From: Candidatus Versatilivorator sp.
GTDB lineage: Bacteria; Acidobacteriota; Terriglobia; Versatilivoradales; Versatilivoraceae
Length of the DNA stretch: 64,000 nucleotides
Direction: 5' to 3'
Assembly: GCA_965207735.1 (NCBI GenBank)
Contig: OZ242296.1
Location: forward strand, 2,304,001 to 2,368,000
Part shown: positions 28,691 through 38,108 of the stretch, one piece after another
Layout of the letters: each line of letters opens with the position of its first letter
How positions within the stretch are numbered: position 1 is the stretch's first letter
Translations under genes and position numbers: made by a program
Notes under the pieces: model-generated
Database searches by the model: none
Told to the model about the DNA's origin: nothing
What the model saw: only the letters and a program-made list of their open reading frames with translations

Positions 28691-29433
28691 CCGCCCACCT
28701 TGCCTTCGATCAGGGCAAAGACGGTCCGATTTCTCCAGTAGTTGTCGAAGTGAATCTCGCTGATGCGGCCGCCTCTCTGCCGCAGGTAATCGCCTCCGAA
28801 CTCCCAGATGACAGGAAATTCGCGGTCACAGCCGTGAAAGCTGGGCGGCAGGCGGGAAACCAGCCTTCCGGAGACGTCCAGGGTCATCCTTTGCCGGGTG
28901 GCGCGGGAGAAGAGGAGCGGAATGGTGTAGACCTGGAACCCGCCGGGTTTCAACACCCGCCGGACCTCATCCAGGGCCCGGCCGTAGTCCGGCAGATGTT
29001 CCAGGGTTTCGGAGTGAACCGCCAGGTCGAACCGGTCTTCCTCGAAGGTCAACCGGCACATGTCCTCATTGGACCGGCCGTCGATTCGGGAACCCAGCGG
29101 TCTGTCGGGCCGATAGAGGGTCTCGGTGACGCTGCCGAGGCTCTGCAACGCCGCAGCCAGGGCGTTGGTCTGGTTCAGGTGCAGAATCCGCAGCTCCGGT
29201 CCGGCAGGACACCGTTTCCTGATGCTCCATAGCAGCATGCGGACCCGCTTGGACATGCCGCAATTGCCGCAGCGGTTTCCTTCCCGCTGGTCCAGCCATC
29301 GCCGTTCCCGGTCGGACAGCTCCCAGGCGTCGGCCAGGGGATCGTCGATCACCGCCTCCTGCCGGAAGTGACGGCAGCCGCAGTGAATGCATCCGCGGCG
29401 GTCGATCCGACAGTAACGGTAGGTCTTGCCCAT
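28687..29433 (-). CDS. Class I SAM-dependent methyltransferase with N-terminal CxxC pairs
   Basis: FDLAVHSETLEHL and RRVLKPGG; CIHC and CGNC. Confidence 0.75.
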   Translation of the reverse strand: MGKTYRYCRIDRRGCIHCGCRHFRQEAVIDDPLADAWELSDRERRWLDQREGNRCGNCGMSKRVRMLLWSIRKRCPAGPELRILHLNQTNALAAALQSLGSVTETLYRPDRPLGSRIDGRSNEDMCRLTFEEDRFDLAVHSETLEHLPDYGRALDEVRRVLKPGGFQVYTIPLLFSRATRQRMTLDVSGRLVSRLPPSFHGCDREFPVIWEFGGDYLRQRGGRISEIHFDNYWRNRTVFALIEGKVGG

Positions 29434-29581
29434 ACGGCGCCAGCCGCCCGGCGGGCAGGCGGGTTACGGATCAGCCAAGCCCCAATCCCATACGACGGGG
29501 CGGATCATCCGAGAGTGAAACAACGCATCTTCATGGCCTGTCGGGAACAAGGGCCCTGTTGCGCTAGACCGGTTTACTACT

Positions 29582-29800
29582 TATTGAACATGGATGCGCA
29601 GGATAGACAGGATAAACAGCATGAGACGTTGCGCCACAGGAAGCAGGTCCGCTCGATGATCGGGTGGGTGTTGGAAGTGATCCAAGAGCCTGGAAGCGGG
29701 TTTTGGGAATTCCGTGTTGGAACAGAGGCGATGGTTGAACTCATGACGGTGGAAACTCTCGCCCAATAATCCTGTGCATCCTGTGCATCCATGTCAATAA
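29582..29800 (+). pseudogene. Internally deleted GxxExxY-family relic inside CAGGAT/ATCCTG inverted repeats (family I)
   Basis: Reads MDAQDRQD...RSMIGWVLEVIQEPGSGFWE...MVELMTVETL, resembling GxxExxY IIG.AFEV..ELG.GFLE and IVELK.V. Flanked by ACATGGATGC.CAGGAT...ATCCTGTGCATCCATGT. Confidence 0.6.
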
Positions 29801-29879
29801 AGCAACTACCCATGCTTGACTTTGAGCCGGTTGCCCGCCACCCGGCACAAGGCGTTGTTTCAAATAATCATCATTCCGT

Positions 29880-30322
29880 CGGCTTGTGCTTCACTTGGGT
29901 TCACCGGCATTTGCTGCCGCCGCTCCGCGGCTCAATGGGTCGCCCGGGCGTTCGCCCGGGGATTATCAATTACTAAAAAGTCCGGCCCCTTCCCTGCCGG
30001 TCGGATCATCCGAGAGTGAAACAATCAGAAATCGGCCATCCCTTTGCGACCTTGGCATCCCGTCGCGGTTCACCTCAATGCCTTAGTGGCCCTTCGTGTG
30101 TCTTCGTGGATAACTCTTTTTTCGGTTGTTCCAGGCAAGCCGGGCCCCCGCCCTGGTGTGCGGATCATACATAGAGTGAAACAATCAGAAATCGATCAAC
30201 CCTTCGCGAACTTGGTACCCCGTCGCGGCCAACCTCAGCGCCTTAGTGGCCCTTCGTGGTCCTTCGTGCCCCTTCGTGGAAATGTCTTTTTCTTTTGTCT
30301 TTTTAGGTTGTTTCAGACAAGC
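29880..30322 (+). repeat. C/D REP module followed by two family-B units
   Basis: GCTTCACTTGGGTTCACCGGCATTTGCTG...CCCGGGCGTTCGCCCGGG, then GGATCAT at 30003 and 30162, ending GTTTCAGACAAGC. Confidence 0.85.
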
Positions 30323-30934
30323 GGGAAAGGGCCAGTTGCTTCTCGAAAAGGGCGAGTGTGGCGGAATCGTAGAGGCAGAAGACGACCTGCAGGAGCCGAC
30401 TCTCTCCTGAAAGGTAGTTGCAGGTCACCTCCAGCATGATTCGGGCGCATCTCTCGGCGGGAAAGCCGAAAATCCCGGTGCTGATGGCCGGGAAGGCGAT
30501 GTTCTTCATGCCTTTCGAGTCTGCCAGGACCAGGCTGTTCAGGGTCGCCCGGCCGAGCTTTTCGTCCTCGTCCCCTTCGCCCATGCGCGGCCACCGCGTG
30601 GATGACGTGGCGGGCCTTGAGATTGCCGCCGCCGGTGATGACGGCCCCGCCAACTTGGGTGCCGCCGATTCGGTAGAGGCAGAAGACGACCCACCGCGTG
30701 GATGACGTGGCGGGCCTTGAGATTGCCGCCGCCGGTGATGACGGCCCCGCCAACTTGGGTGCCGCCGATTCGGTCGCACTCTTGTTGGATGGAGTCCCCT
30801 CCTTTGCGGCGGATGGCCCCGGCGACACCTCCTCCCAGGATCAGTTCCCGGTTGGCGGCATTGACGACGGCATCGGTATCCTGCTCGGTGATGTCCCCCT
30901 GAATCAACAGAATCTCGGTGTCCTTGATTTTCAC
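30303..30934 (-). pseudogene. Macro-domain (ADP-ribose-binding, YmdB-like) gene disrupted by an internal duplication
   Basis: [22 protein letters not shown] and HVIHAVG in one frame; PRMG and AFPAISTGIFGFP in another. An 84-bp duplication occupies 30591-30674 and 30691-30774. Confidence 0.85.
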
Positions 30935-30944
30935 GCGCTTTCAG

Positions 30945-31199
30945 TTACTTCTTTTGCTCTGCCAATTCGCCCCGGGTGAATCCTTCAAACAGCCCTTCCA
31001 GCCGGGCCATGCGTTCTCGGAGATCGGCTACGTCACCACGGACATCGGCCACATCCCCTCGGACATTGCCGACGTCGTCTCGGACATGTTGAATTTCCAG
31101 CTTGAACTCCTGTCGGATATCGGATGAGACCTTCCATCCGAGGCTGACCAATGCCACGCCAAGAATGCCGATGGCAATCAACTCCGCGCTGATAATCAT
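30945..31199 (-). CDS. Small TM + heptad coiled-coil protein, copy 1 (84 aa)
   Basis: MIISAELIAIGILGVALV...DVGNVRG-DVADVRG-DVADLRERMARLEGLFEGF; AAGGAG RBS; near-identical copy at 35510. Confidence 0.8.
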   Translation of the reverse strand: MIISAELIAIGILGVALVSLGWKVSSDIRQEFKLEIQHVRDDVGNVRGDVADVRGDVADLRERMARLEGLFEGFTRGELAEQKK

Positions 31200-31559
31200 T
31201 GCTGATGCTCCTTTCACTCTGACGAACCTGCCGAGAGGGAGATCAGACAAGGCAAGGGGTTCATGTGCTGACGGATCACTTCGTTAGTGTACCACGCCGG
31301 CCGGGCTTGAAATGGGTGGATTCCTTTTCCCCCTGCCCGACTATTGGCGGATCCCACCTGTGCCTTCTCCAACCCCTTGGTGGCCCTTCGTCGTCCTTGG
31401 TGGCCCTTCGTGAATACCTCTTTTCTCTTGGTGGATTTCTTTTTGGAAGACGCAGCCGTCGCACACCCCGCGGCTGCTTCCGATCCCGGCGGGAACGTGT
31501 CACAATGGCGCCTCGAACCGGGTTCGGTTCGGACCTCCGACCGAATTTGCCCTCGAACC

Positions 31560-32798
31560 ATGAAACTCCCATCCCCGACGATGTCCCGGAGAAGTTTTCT
31601 GGGCCGCGTGGCTCCTGTTGCCGCCGCGCCCCTGCTGCCGGCCGGGTGCGGCGCCGGACGGACCGTGGTTCCGGGAATCGAAGTGCTGCTGAACCGGGAA
31701 ACGACCCTGATCCGTGACCGCAGAGTCGGACTGATCACCAATCACACCGGGGTAGACCGGCGGCTGCGCCACGATATCGATCTGCTGCAGGCCCAGCCGC
31801 AGGTGGAGCTGGTGGCCCTCTTCTCTCCCGAGCACGGCATCGCGGGAATGGCCGCGGCGGGGGCCAGAATCGAAAGCCGTCCGGACAGCCGTTGGGGCAT
31901 CCCCGTGCACAGCCTCTACGGCGCAAATACACAACCGACCGAGGAGATGGTCCGCGGCCTGGACCTGCTGATTTACGATATTCAGGACGTGGGGTCACGC
32001 TACTACACCTACCTGGCCACTCTCAGGAACTGCTTGCAGGCCGCCGACCGCTTTCAGATTCCGCTGATGGTGCTGGACCGCCCCAACCCGCTCGGCGGCT
32101 TGAGGATCGAGGGAAGGGTGTTGGACCCTCGCCTGCAATCTCTGGTGGGGCCGGCGGCCTTACCGGCTCGATACGGTCTGACCCCGGGAGAGCTGGCCGG
32201 TTGGATGAAGTCCCGGCTGCATCTGGAATGCTCCCTGACCGTGGTCAGAATGGACCACTGGGAGCGCCGGCACTGGTTCGCAGACACCGGAATGGTCTGG
32301 ATTCCCCCGTCGCCCAATGTTCCCAGCCCCATGACGACCCTGGTCTACGCCGGCATGTGCCTTGTGGAGGGGACCAACCTGTCGGAGGGGCGCGGCACCA
32401 CCACACCCTTCGAAATCGCCGGGGCTCCCTGGGTGGACGGTCCGCGGGCGGTGGAGGCCATGGACCGGCTCAAGCTGCCCGGGGTCGCCTTCAGGCACAC
32501 CCGGTTCCGGCCCAGCGCGTCCAAATTCTCCGGGCAGGTCTGCGAGGGCGTCCAACTGCACGTCCTCCACCCCGGACGATTCCAGCCACTGCGAACGGCC
32601 CTCTCTCTCATTGCTCACTTTCGCAAGACCCATTCCGGACACTTCCATTGGGCGGAGCGCCATTTCGATCGCCTGGCGGGATCGGAGGAGGTCCGCCACG
32701 GCATCGATCGGGACCGGCCGGTGGGAGAAATGGTGGAAGGCTGGCAGGCTGAGCTGGACGCCTTCGAGAAGGAGAGACGGGATTTCTTTCTTTATTGA
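31560..32798 (+). CDS. DUF1343 / NamZ-type exo-beta-N-acetylmuramidase, Tat lipoprotein
   Basis: SRRSFL Tat motif and PAGC lipobox; VGLITNHTG, FSPEHG, SLYG, DIQDVGSRYYTY, LDRPNP, PSPN and EGTNLSEGRGT. Confidence 0.9.
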   Translation: MKLPSPTMSRRSFLGRVAPVAAAPLLPAGCGAGRTVVPGIEVLLNRETTLIRDRRVGLITNHTGVDRRLRHDIDLLQAQPQVELVALFSPEHGIAGMAAAGARIESRPDSRWGIPVHSLYGANTQPTEEMVRGLDLLIYDIQDVGSRYYTYLATLRNCLQAADRFQIPLMVLDRPNPLGGLRIEGRVLDPRLQSLVGPAALPARYGLTPGELAGWMKSRLHLECSLTVVRMDHWERRHWFADTGMVWIPPSPNVPSPMTTLVYAGMCLVEGTNLSEGRGTTTPFEIAGAPWVDGPRAVEAMDRLKLPGVAFRHTRFRPSASKFSGQVCEGVQLHVLHPGRFQPLRTALSLIAHFRKTHSGHFHWAERHFDRLAGSEEVRHGIDRDRPVGEMVEGWQAELDAFEKERRDFFLY

Positions 32799-32851
32799 CG
32801 GAGGGCGCAGAGTTGACCGGCAGCAAACAGCGGGACAGGCAAGGAGAACAA

Positions 32852-33448
32852 ATGAAACCAGCAACGGCTGCATCGGCACCCCGGTCTCCCGGAGCGCCAT
32901 CGGGCCTGACGCCCCTGATTGCCGAAAGGACCATTCAGGAGAAGGTGGCGGAACTGGGTCGCCGGATCTCGGAGGACTACCGGGGCATGCACCTCCACCT
33001 GGTGAGCCTCCTGAGGGGAGCCTGGGTATTTACGGCCGACCTGGCCAGACAGCTTCAATTGGAGACCTCGGTCGATTTCATGGCGGTTGTCAGCTACGCC
33101 GAGTCCACCCGGTCGAGCGGCAGCATCGAGATCGTCCAGGACCTCCAGGACAACATTCGCGGACTGCACGTCCTGGTGGTGGAAGACATCTGCGACAGCG
33201 GCTTGACGCTGAACCGCGTCTGCCGTGAGCTTCGGAGCCGTGGGCCCGAATCGCTCAAAGCGGTTTCCCTGCTCGACAAGCCCGGCCGGCGGGTGGAATC
33301 GGTCGGCCTGGACTACGTCGGTTTCGAGATTCCCGACAAGTTTGTGGTGGGTTATGGTTTAGACTATCGGCAGAAATTCCGGAACCTCCCCTGGATATCG
33401 GCGATCACGCTCCATGAAGCAGACCTTTCTGACCGAAAAGGATCTTAA
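32852..33448 (+). CDS. hpt: Hypoxanthine phosphoribosyltransferase
   Basis: PRPP motif VLVVEDICDSGLTL, LLDKP.RR and FVVGYGLDY. Confidence 0.93.
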   Translation: MKPATAASAPRSPGAPSGLTPLIAERTIQEKVAELGRRISEDYRGMHLHLVSLLRGAWVFTADLARQLQLETSVDFMAVVSYAESTRSSGSIEIVQDLQDNIRGLHVLVVEDICDSGLTLNRVCRELRSRGPESLKAVSLLDKPGRRVESVGLDYVGFEIPDKFVVGYGLDYRQKFRNLPWISAITLHEADLSDRKGS

Positions 33449-34076
33449 GTATACTCCCCCGGGATCTCCCTGTTACGTGGTCAAGGGAACCCGCCTCACG
33501 CCGCTCGCCCTGGAGATTGCCGCTCAGCGCGGCAATGCCATCGTCGAGTGCGACACTTCCGAAGAAATCCAGCGCCTCAAGGCTTTCGACAAGCGGCTGG
33601 CGCTAGGGGCCGCACCATCTCAGCGGGAACTGGCCCGGAAGATCCGGAGCCTGCTCCAGGATAACGGATACCTGGTCTGCGAATGCGGAGCGGAAAATTC
33701 TCCGGACGATCCCGGCAGCGTCCTGGGGGTGGCCCAACTGGTTCAGAGCGGCCAGGTCTGCAGCGGCATCTGGCTGGATGGGGATGGAATCGGCTCCACT
33801 ATCCTGGCCAACAAGTGCCCCGGCATTCGGGCTGTCCACTGCTGCGATCGCCAGACCGCCAGGATCAGCCGGGAACGGCATGGCGCCAACCTGCTGGTGC
33901 TGGCCGATCCGGGTCTGGACGTCGACCTGGCCGCAGGGGTGGTGACCACCTGGCTGGGCGCCGCCTTTGTCAGGACCCGGCACAGCCGGGAGATGGCTCT
34001 GCTGGAAGAAGTGGAAAAGAAGTATCTCCGGGAGACGATCATGGCCGTTCCCGGCGACTGCAGTTGCGCCCTGTGA
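33414..34076 (+). CDS. RpiB/LacA/LacB-family protein with an N-terminal extension and degenerate active site
   Basis: GIG..ILANK.PGIRA, SRERHGAN and W..F...RH. The canonical DH and catalytic Cys positions are not conserved. Confidence 0.75.
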   Translation: MKQTFLTEKDLKYTPPGSPCYVVKGTRLTPLALEIAAQRGNAIVECDTSEEIQRLKAFDKRLALGAAPSQRELARKIRSLLQDNGYLVCECGAENSPDDPGSVLGVAQLVQSGQVCSGIWLDGDGIGSTILANKCPGIRAVHCCDRQTARISRERHGANLLVLADPGLDVDLAAGVVTTWLGAAFVRTRHSREMALLEEVEKKYLRETIMAVPGDCSCAL

Positions 34077-34106
34077 GGGCAGCCTATAGTCGGGGGGGCA
34101 ACACTA

Positions 34107-34252
34107 TAAAAAAACCCCGGGCGCCAGCCCGGGATTCAATCAAGCCGCCAAGGCGGCGTCAGCAGGTAGCCGTGGGCGTAAGCCCATGGGGGTGGGCGTA
34201 AGCCCATGGGGGTGGGCGTAGCCCATGGGGGTGAGCGTAGCCCATGGGGGGA
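34107..34252. repeat. D hairpin plus GTAG-type REP with four tandem ~20-bp hairpin copies
   Basis: GTAGCC followed by GTG(G/A)GCGTA(A)GCCCATGGGG four times, between convergent genes. Confidence 0.85.
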
Positions 34253-34260
34253 AGACGCCG

Positions 34261-34461
34261 TCAGGAGGCTTCTTTCTCGGTAGGCTTCTGCAGGTCTTTG
34301 TCTTCGTCCTTCTTCATGGCGCCGCGGAAGTTCTTGATCCCCTCGCCGATTCCTTTTCCGATCTCGGGAAGGCGCTTGGCGCCAAAGAGGAGGAAGACGA
34401 TCACCAGAATGATGGCCCACTCCGCAAGACCCATGGTAGGAATGCCAATTCCCAACGCCAT
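34261..34461 (-). CDS. tatA: Twin-arginine translocase TatA
   Basis: [32 protein letters not shown]. Confidence 0.93.
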   Translation of the reverse strand: MALGIGIPTMGLAEWAIILVIVFLLFGAKRLPEIGKGIGEGIKNFRGAMKKDEDKDLQKPTEKEAS

Positions 34462-34618
34462 AATGACCTCCCCATCTTTTCAGAACCGGCCCGGCCGGCG
34501 CCGTCCCGGCACCTTCATTGAAGGATCTTAGTGGATTTGCGGACGGATGGCAAACGGATAGTCGGCCCGGGACAGGACCGGTTGGACTCCGCCCTTCCCG
34601 ATCGTCCCGGCCAATGAC

Positions 34619-35050
34619 CTAGTCGGAAGGATCCTGACAATAGCGATCGAAGGCCGCCGTCAGGGTATCGGCGATCTCGGAGGCGTCGCGGTATTCAATC
34701 TGATGGCGGTGCATCATGAATACCGGCCGGCCCTCCCGAAACAGGGCAACCGAGGGAGAGGAGGGCGGATACTCCTGCAGGTATTCCCTCACACGCGCCG
34801 TCGCTTCCAGATCGCCTCCCGCAAATACGGTGGCCACCTTGGCCGGCACCACCGCATGCTTCAGCGCCAAGGCGATTCCGGGACGCGCCCGGCCGGCGGC
34901 GCAGCCGCACATCGAGTTGATCACCATCATGACCGTACCATCTTCTTTTCGGAGGAGCTCGTCCACCTCTTCGCAAGACCGAGTCTCCCGTACCCCCAAC
35001 CGGGTAAGTTCTTCCCGCATGGGTCCGATGAATTCTTCCGGATATCTCAC
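34619..35050 (-). CDS. BrxA/BrxB-family bacilliredoxin
   Basis: PMREELT, INSMCGCAAG.ARPG, TVFAG, PPSSPS and HRHQIE. Confidence 0.9.
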   Translation of the reverse strand: MRYPEEFIGPMREELTRLGVRETRSCEEVDELLRKEDGTVMMVINSMCGCAAGRARPGIALALKHAVVPAKVATVFAGGDLEATARVREYLQEYPPSSPSVALFREGRPVFMMHRHQIEYRDASEIADTLTAAFDRYCQDPSD

Positions 35051-35204
35051 TTTCCTGATCTCCCTTCGAGTTGACTTCCAGCCCGCTCTGCAAATCCTTG
35101 GAGGCTGAGGCAATAAAACCACACAAGCGCCGGGATTTTAGCAAGCCCGGCATGGAAAGTAAAACGAACAGGACCCGGGAAAGGATCCACTGTGTTTTCA
35201 AAAC

Positions 35205-35395
35205 AGTTATCCACGAAGTTACACGAAGAACCACGAACCCGGATTTCTCACCAAACCGATGCGGTGGGGGGACCCCCAAGCTGGCGCCCGGGGATCGACA
35301 ATTTTTCCAAATTAACATGGATGCACAGGATAACCAGGACGGGACGCTGCTGTACGAGACGCTGACTCGGCCGATGTTCCGGCGCAGGCTCTGTT
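35205..35395. repeat. Composite of E motif, G end, D half and GxxExxY 5' relic
   Basis: GTTATCCACGAAG...; CCGGATTTCTCACCA; GCTGGCGCCCGGGGA; AACATGGATGCACAGGAT... encoding MDAQDNQDGTLLYETLTR. Confidence 0.6.
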
Positions 35396-35509
35396 CTTGC
35401 AAGCCTGTCTTGCGTGCTACACTAACTGAGTGATCCGTCACCAAATGAACCCCTCGCCTGGTCTGATCTCCCTCTCGGCAGGCTCGTCAAAGTGGAAGGA
35501 GCGTCAGCA

Positions 35510-35743
35510 ATGAAAATAAGCGCGGAGTTGATTGCCATCGGCATTCTTGGCGTAGCATTGGTCAGCCTCGGATGGAAGGCCTCATTCGATATTCGACAGG
35601 AGTTCAAACTGGAAATTCAGCATGTCCGAGAGGACGTGGCCAATGTCCGAGGGGACGTCGCCGACCTCCGAGAACGCATGGCCCGGCTGGAAGGACTGTT
35701 TGAAGGATTCACCAGGGGCGAATTGGCAGAGCAAAAAAAGTAA
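35510..35743 (+). CDS. Small TM + heptad coiled-coil protein, copy 2 (77 aa)
   Basis: Near-identical to 30945-31199 but one heptad shorter; shares the upstream leader and TGnTACACT -10. Confidence 0.8.
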   Translation: MKISAELIAIGILGVALVSLGWKASFDIRQEFKLEIQHVREDVANVRGDVADLRERMARLEGLFEGFTRGELAEQKK

Positions 35744-35831
35744 TGGCCTGCCTTGAACGCACACTGTCCCGGCCGGTTCGCCTCTTCGATCACGCCCTGG
35801 CTGATAGACCGGACAAGAATCCCGCCGCCTC

Positions 35832-36179
35832 ATGAAACCCAACCCCTTGCCCGCGGTGATCGCCGAACCGGAAACCGATCAGAGGGCCGACTCGGAGAGG
35901 GCCGGGCTCTACCGTGTGATTCTTCTGGACGACAACGATCACAGCTACAACTACGTCATCGAAATGCTGCAGAGGATCTTCTATTTCTCGGTGCGGCAAG
36001 CCCTACAGCACGCACGGGAAGTGGACCTGACCGGTCGAACCGTGTTGATCACCTGCGGGCGCCGGGAGGCGGAGTTCTCCCGGGACCAGATTCAGGCCTA
36101 TGGCCCCGACCCGCGCATTCCGCGCTGCCGCGGGTCCATGTCGGCCCTGATTGAACCCGCAGCGGGACCGGCGCTCTGA
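35832..36179 (+). CDS. clpS: ATP-dependent Clp protease adaptor ClpS
   Basis: YRVILLDDNDHSYNYVIEML..IF, EVD.TGR and M.A.IEPA. Confidence 0.85.
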   Translation: MKPNPLPAVIAEPETDQRADSERAGLYRVILLDDNDHSYNYVIEMLQRIFYFSVRQALQHAREVDLTGRTVLITCGRREAEFSRDQIQAYGPDPRIPRCRGSMSALIEPAAGPAL

Positions 36180-36183
36180 AAAA

Positions 36184-36219
36184 CAAAAGGCCAGCGGACT
36201 TGAGGCCCGCCGGCCTTTA
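36184..36219. terminator. Putative bidirectional intrinsic terminator
   Basis: AAAAGGCC(A)GCGG...CCGCCGGCCTTT hairpin between convergent genes. Confidence 0.55.
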
Positions 36220-36296
36220 CGGAACAGCTTCGAATTTTAGCGGTTTGAGGGTTGCGCCTCCGGGATGGGTGGGGATTGGGGCCGCGCCGGACCGGC

Positions 36297-37154
36297 CTAT
36301 TCCTCCGAGACGATGCCGATGGCCGCGGCTGCCGATTCCTCCTCGACCTTGCGCTTGATCTCCATTGCCAGGTCGTAATGCTGGTCGGCCATCTTGTGAT
36401 AGGACATGTACTCCTCGTAGCGGTCGGGCCCGTGCCTCTTCACCAGGGGATCCAAGGCGGCGACGTCTTGCCCGGCCAGGATGAAAGCGTTCTCCGAGGA
36501 AGGTTTCTGCTCGATGATCTCGTCAATGACGACCCTGGCCTTTTCCCGATTGAGCAAGTTGATGTAGAAGTGGGCGTTAAAGTAGTCGGGATCGTTGACC
36601 AGGCACTTTTCCAAATATTCCAGGCCCTCTTCCGACAGTTCCCACCGCTCCTGAGCAGGGCGCGGATTCAATTTGTCGTAGGCCATGGTCCAATTGACGT
36701 TCCCCACGCTGTAAAAGGGGTCGCCCTGGTCCGGCTCCAGGTCGCAGTTTTTCAGGTAGTACTCCTTGGCCTTATCGAACTCACCCATGTTGAAGTAAAT
36801 GCCGGCAATTCCCTTGACTGAGTTGAGATTCTCCGGGTCCTGCTCCAGCACGCGCTCATAGGCGCTGATCGCTTCTTCTCCGACCTTGATGTTCTGCTCC
36901 GACTGGCCGTTGGGGATGTAAAGCGAGGCGTAGGAGGTGGCCAGGTAGATCTGAGCGTTCAGGAACTCCGGATCCAGCTCGATCGCCTGCTTGAAGCGCT
37001 CCACCGCCCTTTCGTACTCGCCTTCCCGGAAAGCCCGGACCCCCTTGTTGAGGCGGTCCCGGGCCTTCAGCTTGTCTATGACGCCGCACCCAATCATCCC
37101 AAAGGCCAAGGGCAGGAAAACAAGCCCGGCCATCGCTCTGCTTCGACACTTCAT
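36297..37154 (-). CDS. TPR-repeat lipoprotein associated with TonB/ExbBD
   Basis: Lipobox MIGC, KLKARD.LNKGV and TPR-like helical repeats. Confidence 0.8.
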   Translation of the reverse strand: MKCRSRAMAGLVFLPLAFGMIGCGVIDKLKARDRLNKGVRAFREGEYERAVERFKQAIELDPEFLNAQIYLATSYASLYIPNGQSEQNIKVGEEAISAYERVLEQDPENLNSVKGIAGIYFNMGEFDKAKEYYLKNCDLEPDQGDPFYSVGNVNWTMAYDKLNPRPAQERWELSEEGLEYLEKCLVNDPDYFNAHFYINLLNREKARVVIDEIIEQKPSSENAFILAGQDVAALDPLVKRHGPDRYEEYMSYHKMADQHYDLAMEIKRKVEEESAAAAIGIVSEE

Positions 37155-37216
37155 CGGCTTCCTCCACAGACGAGAAAATTCCTGTTTTTCGGTTTAGGGA
37201 ATGACAGCCGGGGCCA

Positions 37217-37645
37217 TTACTGACCGGACTGGATCTTCGCGGTCATCAATCCGATCTTGTCCACTCCCGCATTGTGGGCGATGTCGATGACTTCAACCAC
37301 CGAGTTGAAGAACAGCGACTGGTGGCCCTGGACGAACATCGTCCTCTGATTTCGGGTCTTGAAGATATCGGTGAGCCGCTCTTCCAGATTCCGAAGATCT
37401 ACATCCTCCTGGTTGATCTTCAAACGCCGCTGGTCGTCAATGGACACCACGATGGTCCGGTTGGACGTATCCTGGGGAGGAGGGTCTCCCGGAGGAGGCG
37501 GTTGGGGGATCTGAGCATCCAGCCCCCTGGGAATCAAGGGCGTGATCACCATAAAGATAATCAGCAGCACCAACAACACGTCGATCAGAGGCGTCACGTT
37601 GATGTCGGCCTTGGGGCCCGCATCGGCCCCAACTGACATTGACAT
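37217..37645 (-). CDS. exbD: ExbD/TolR biopolymer transporter
   Basis: DINVTPLIDVLLVLLIIFMV. Confidence 0.92.
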   Translation of the reverse strand: MSMSVGADAGPKADINVTPLIDVLLVLLIIFMVITPLIPRGLDAQIPQPPPPGDPPPQDTSNRTIVVSIDDQRRLKINQEDVDLRNLEERLTDIFKTRNQRTMFVQGHQSLFFNSVVEVIDIAHNAGVDKIGLMTAKIQSGQ

Positions 37646-37658
37646 TTTCAATCCTCCC

Positions 37659-38108
37659 TTAGATACCAGGTGCGTTCTTCTTGTCGACCTTGTCCGTCAG
37701 CAATCCGAGGGTATCGACTCCGGCGGACCGGACGGTATCCACCACGTCGACCACCCCTCCATACTTGGCCCGCCGGTCGCTCTTCACGTAGACGGTCTTG
37801 TCCACCTTGGCAGCCAGCAGATCCTGAATGCGTTCGGACAACTGCTGCACGACCAACTGGTCCGACCCCAGGTAAATCTTACCGTCGCGGGTCACCGCCA
37901 CCACCACGGCGTCGTCCTGGTCGGCTTCCCGCATCTCCCGGGGATTGGTGGCCTTGGCCATGTCCACGCTCACTCCCTTCTGCAGCATGGGGGTGATCAC
38001 CATGAAAATGATGAGCAGGACCAGCATGATGTCCACCATGGGCGTGACATTGATGTCCGCCACCACGGCGTTTTTATCCTGAGAGCCACTGTCGACTGAC
38101 ATTGCCAT
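37659..38108 (-). CDS. exbD: ExbD/TolR biopolymer transporter
   Basis: DINVTPMVDIMLVLLIIFMV and D.RAKYG.V. Confidence 0.92.
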   Translation of the reverse strand: MAMSVDSGSQDKNAVVADINVTPMVDIMLVLLIIFMVITPMLQKGVSVDMAKATNPREMREADQDDAVVVAVTRDGKIYLGSDQLVVQQLSERIQDLLAAKVDKTVYVKSDRRAKYGGVVDVVDTVRSAGVDTLGLLTDKVDKKNAPGI

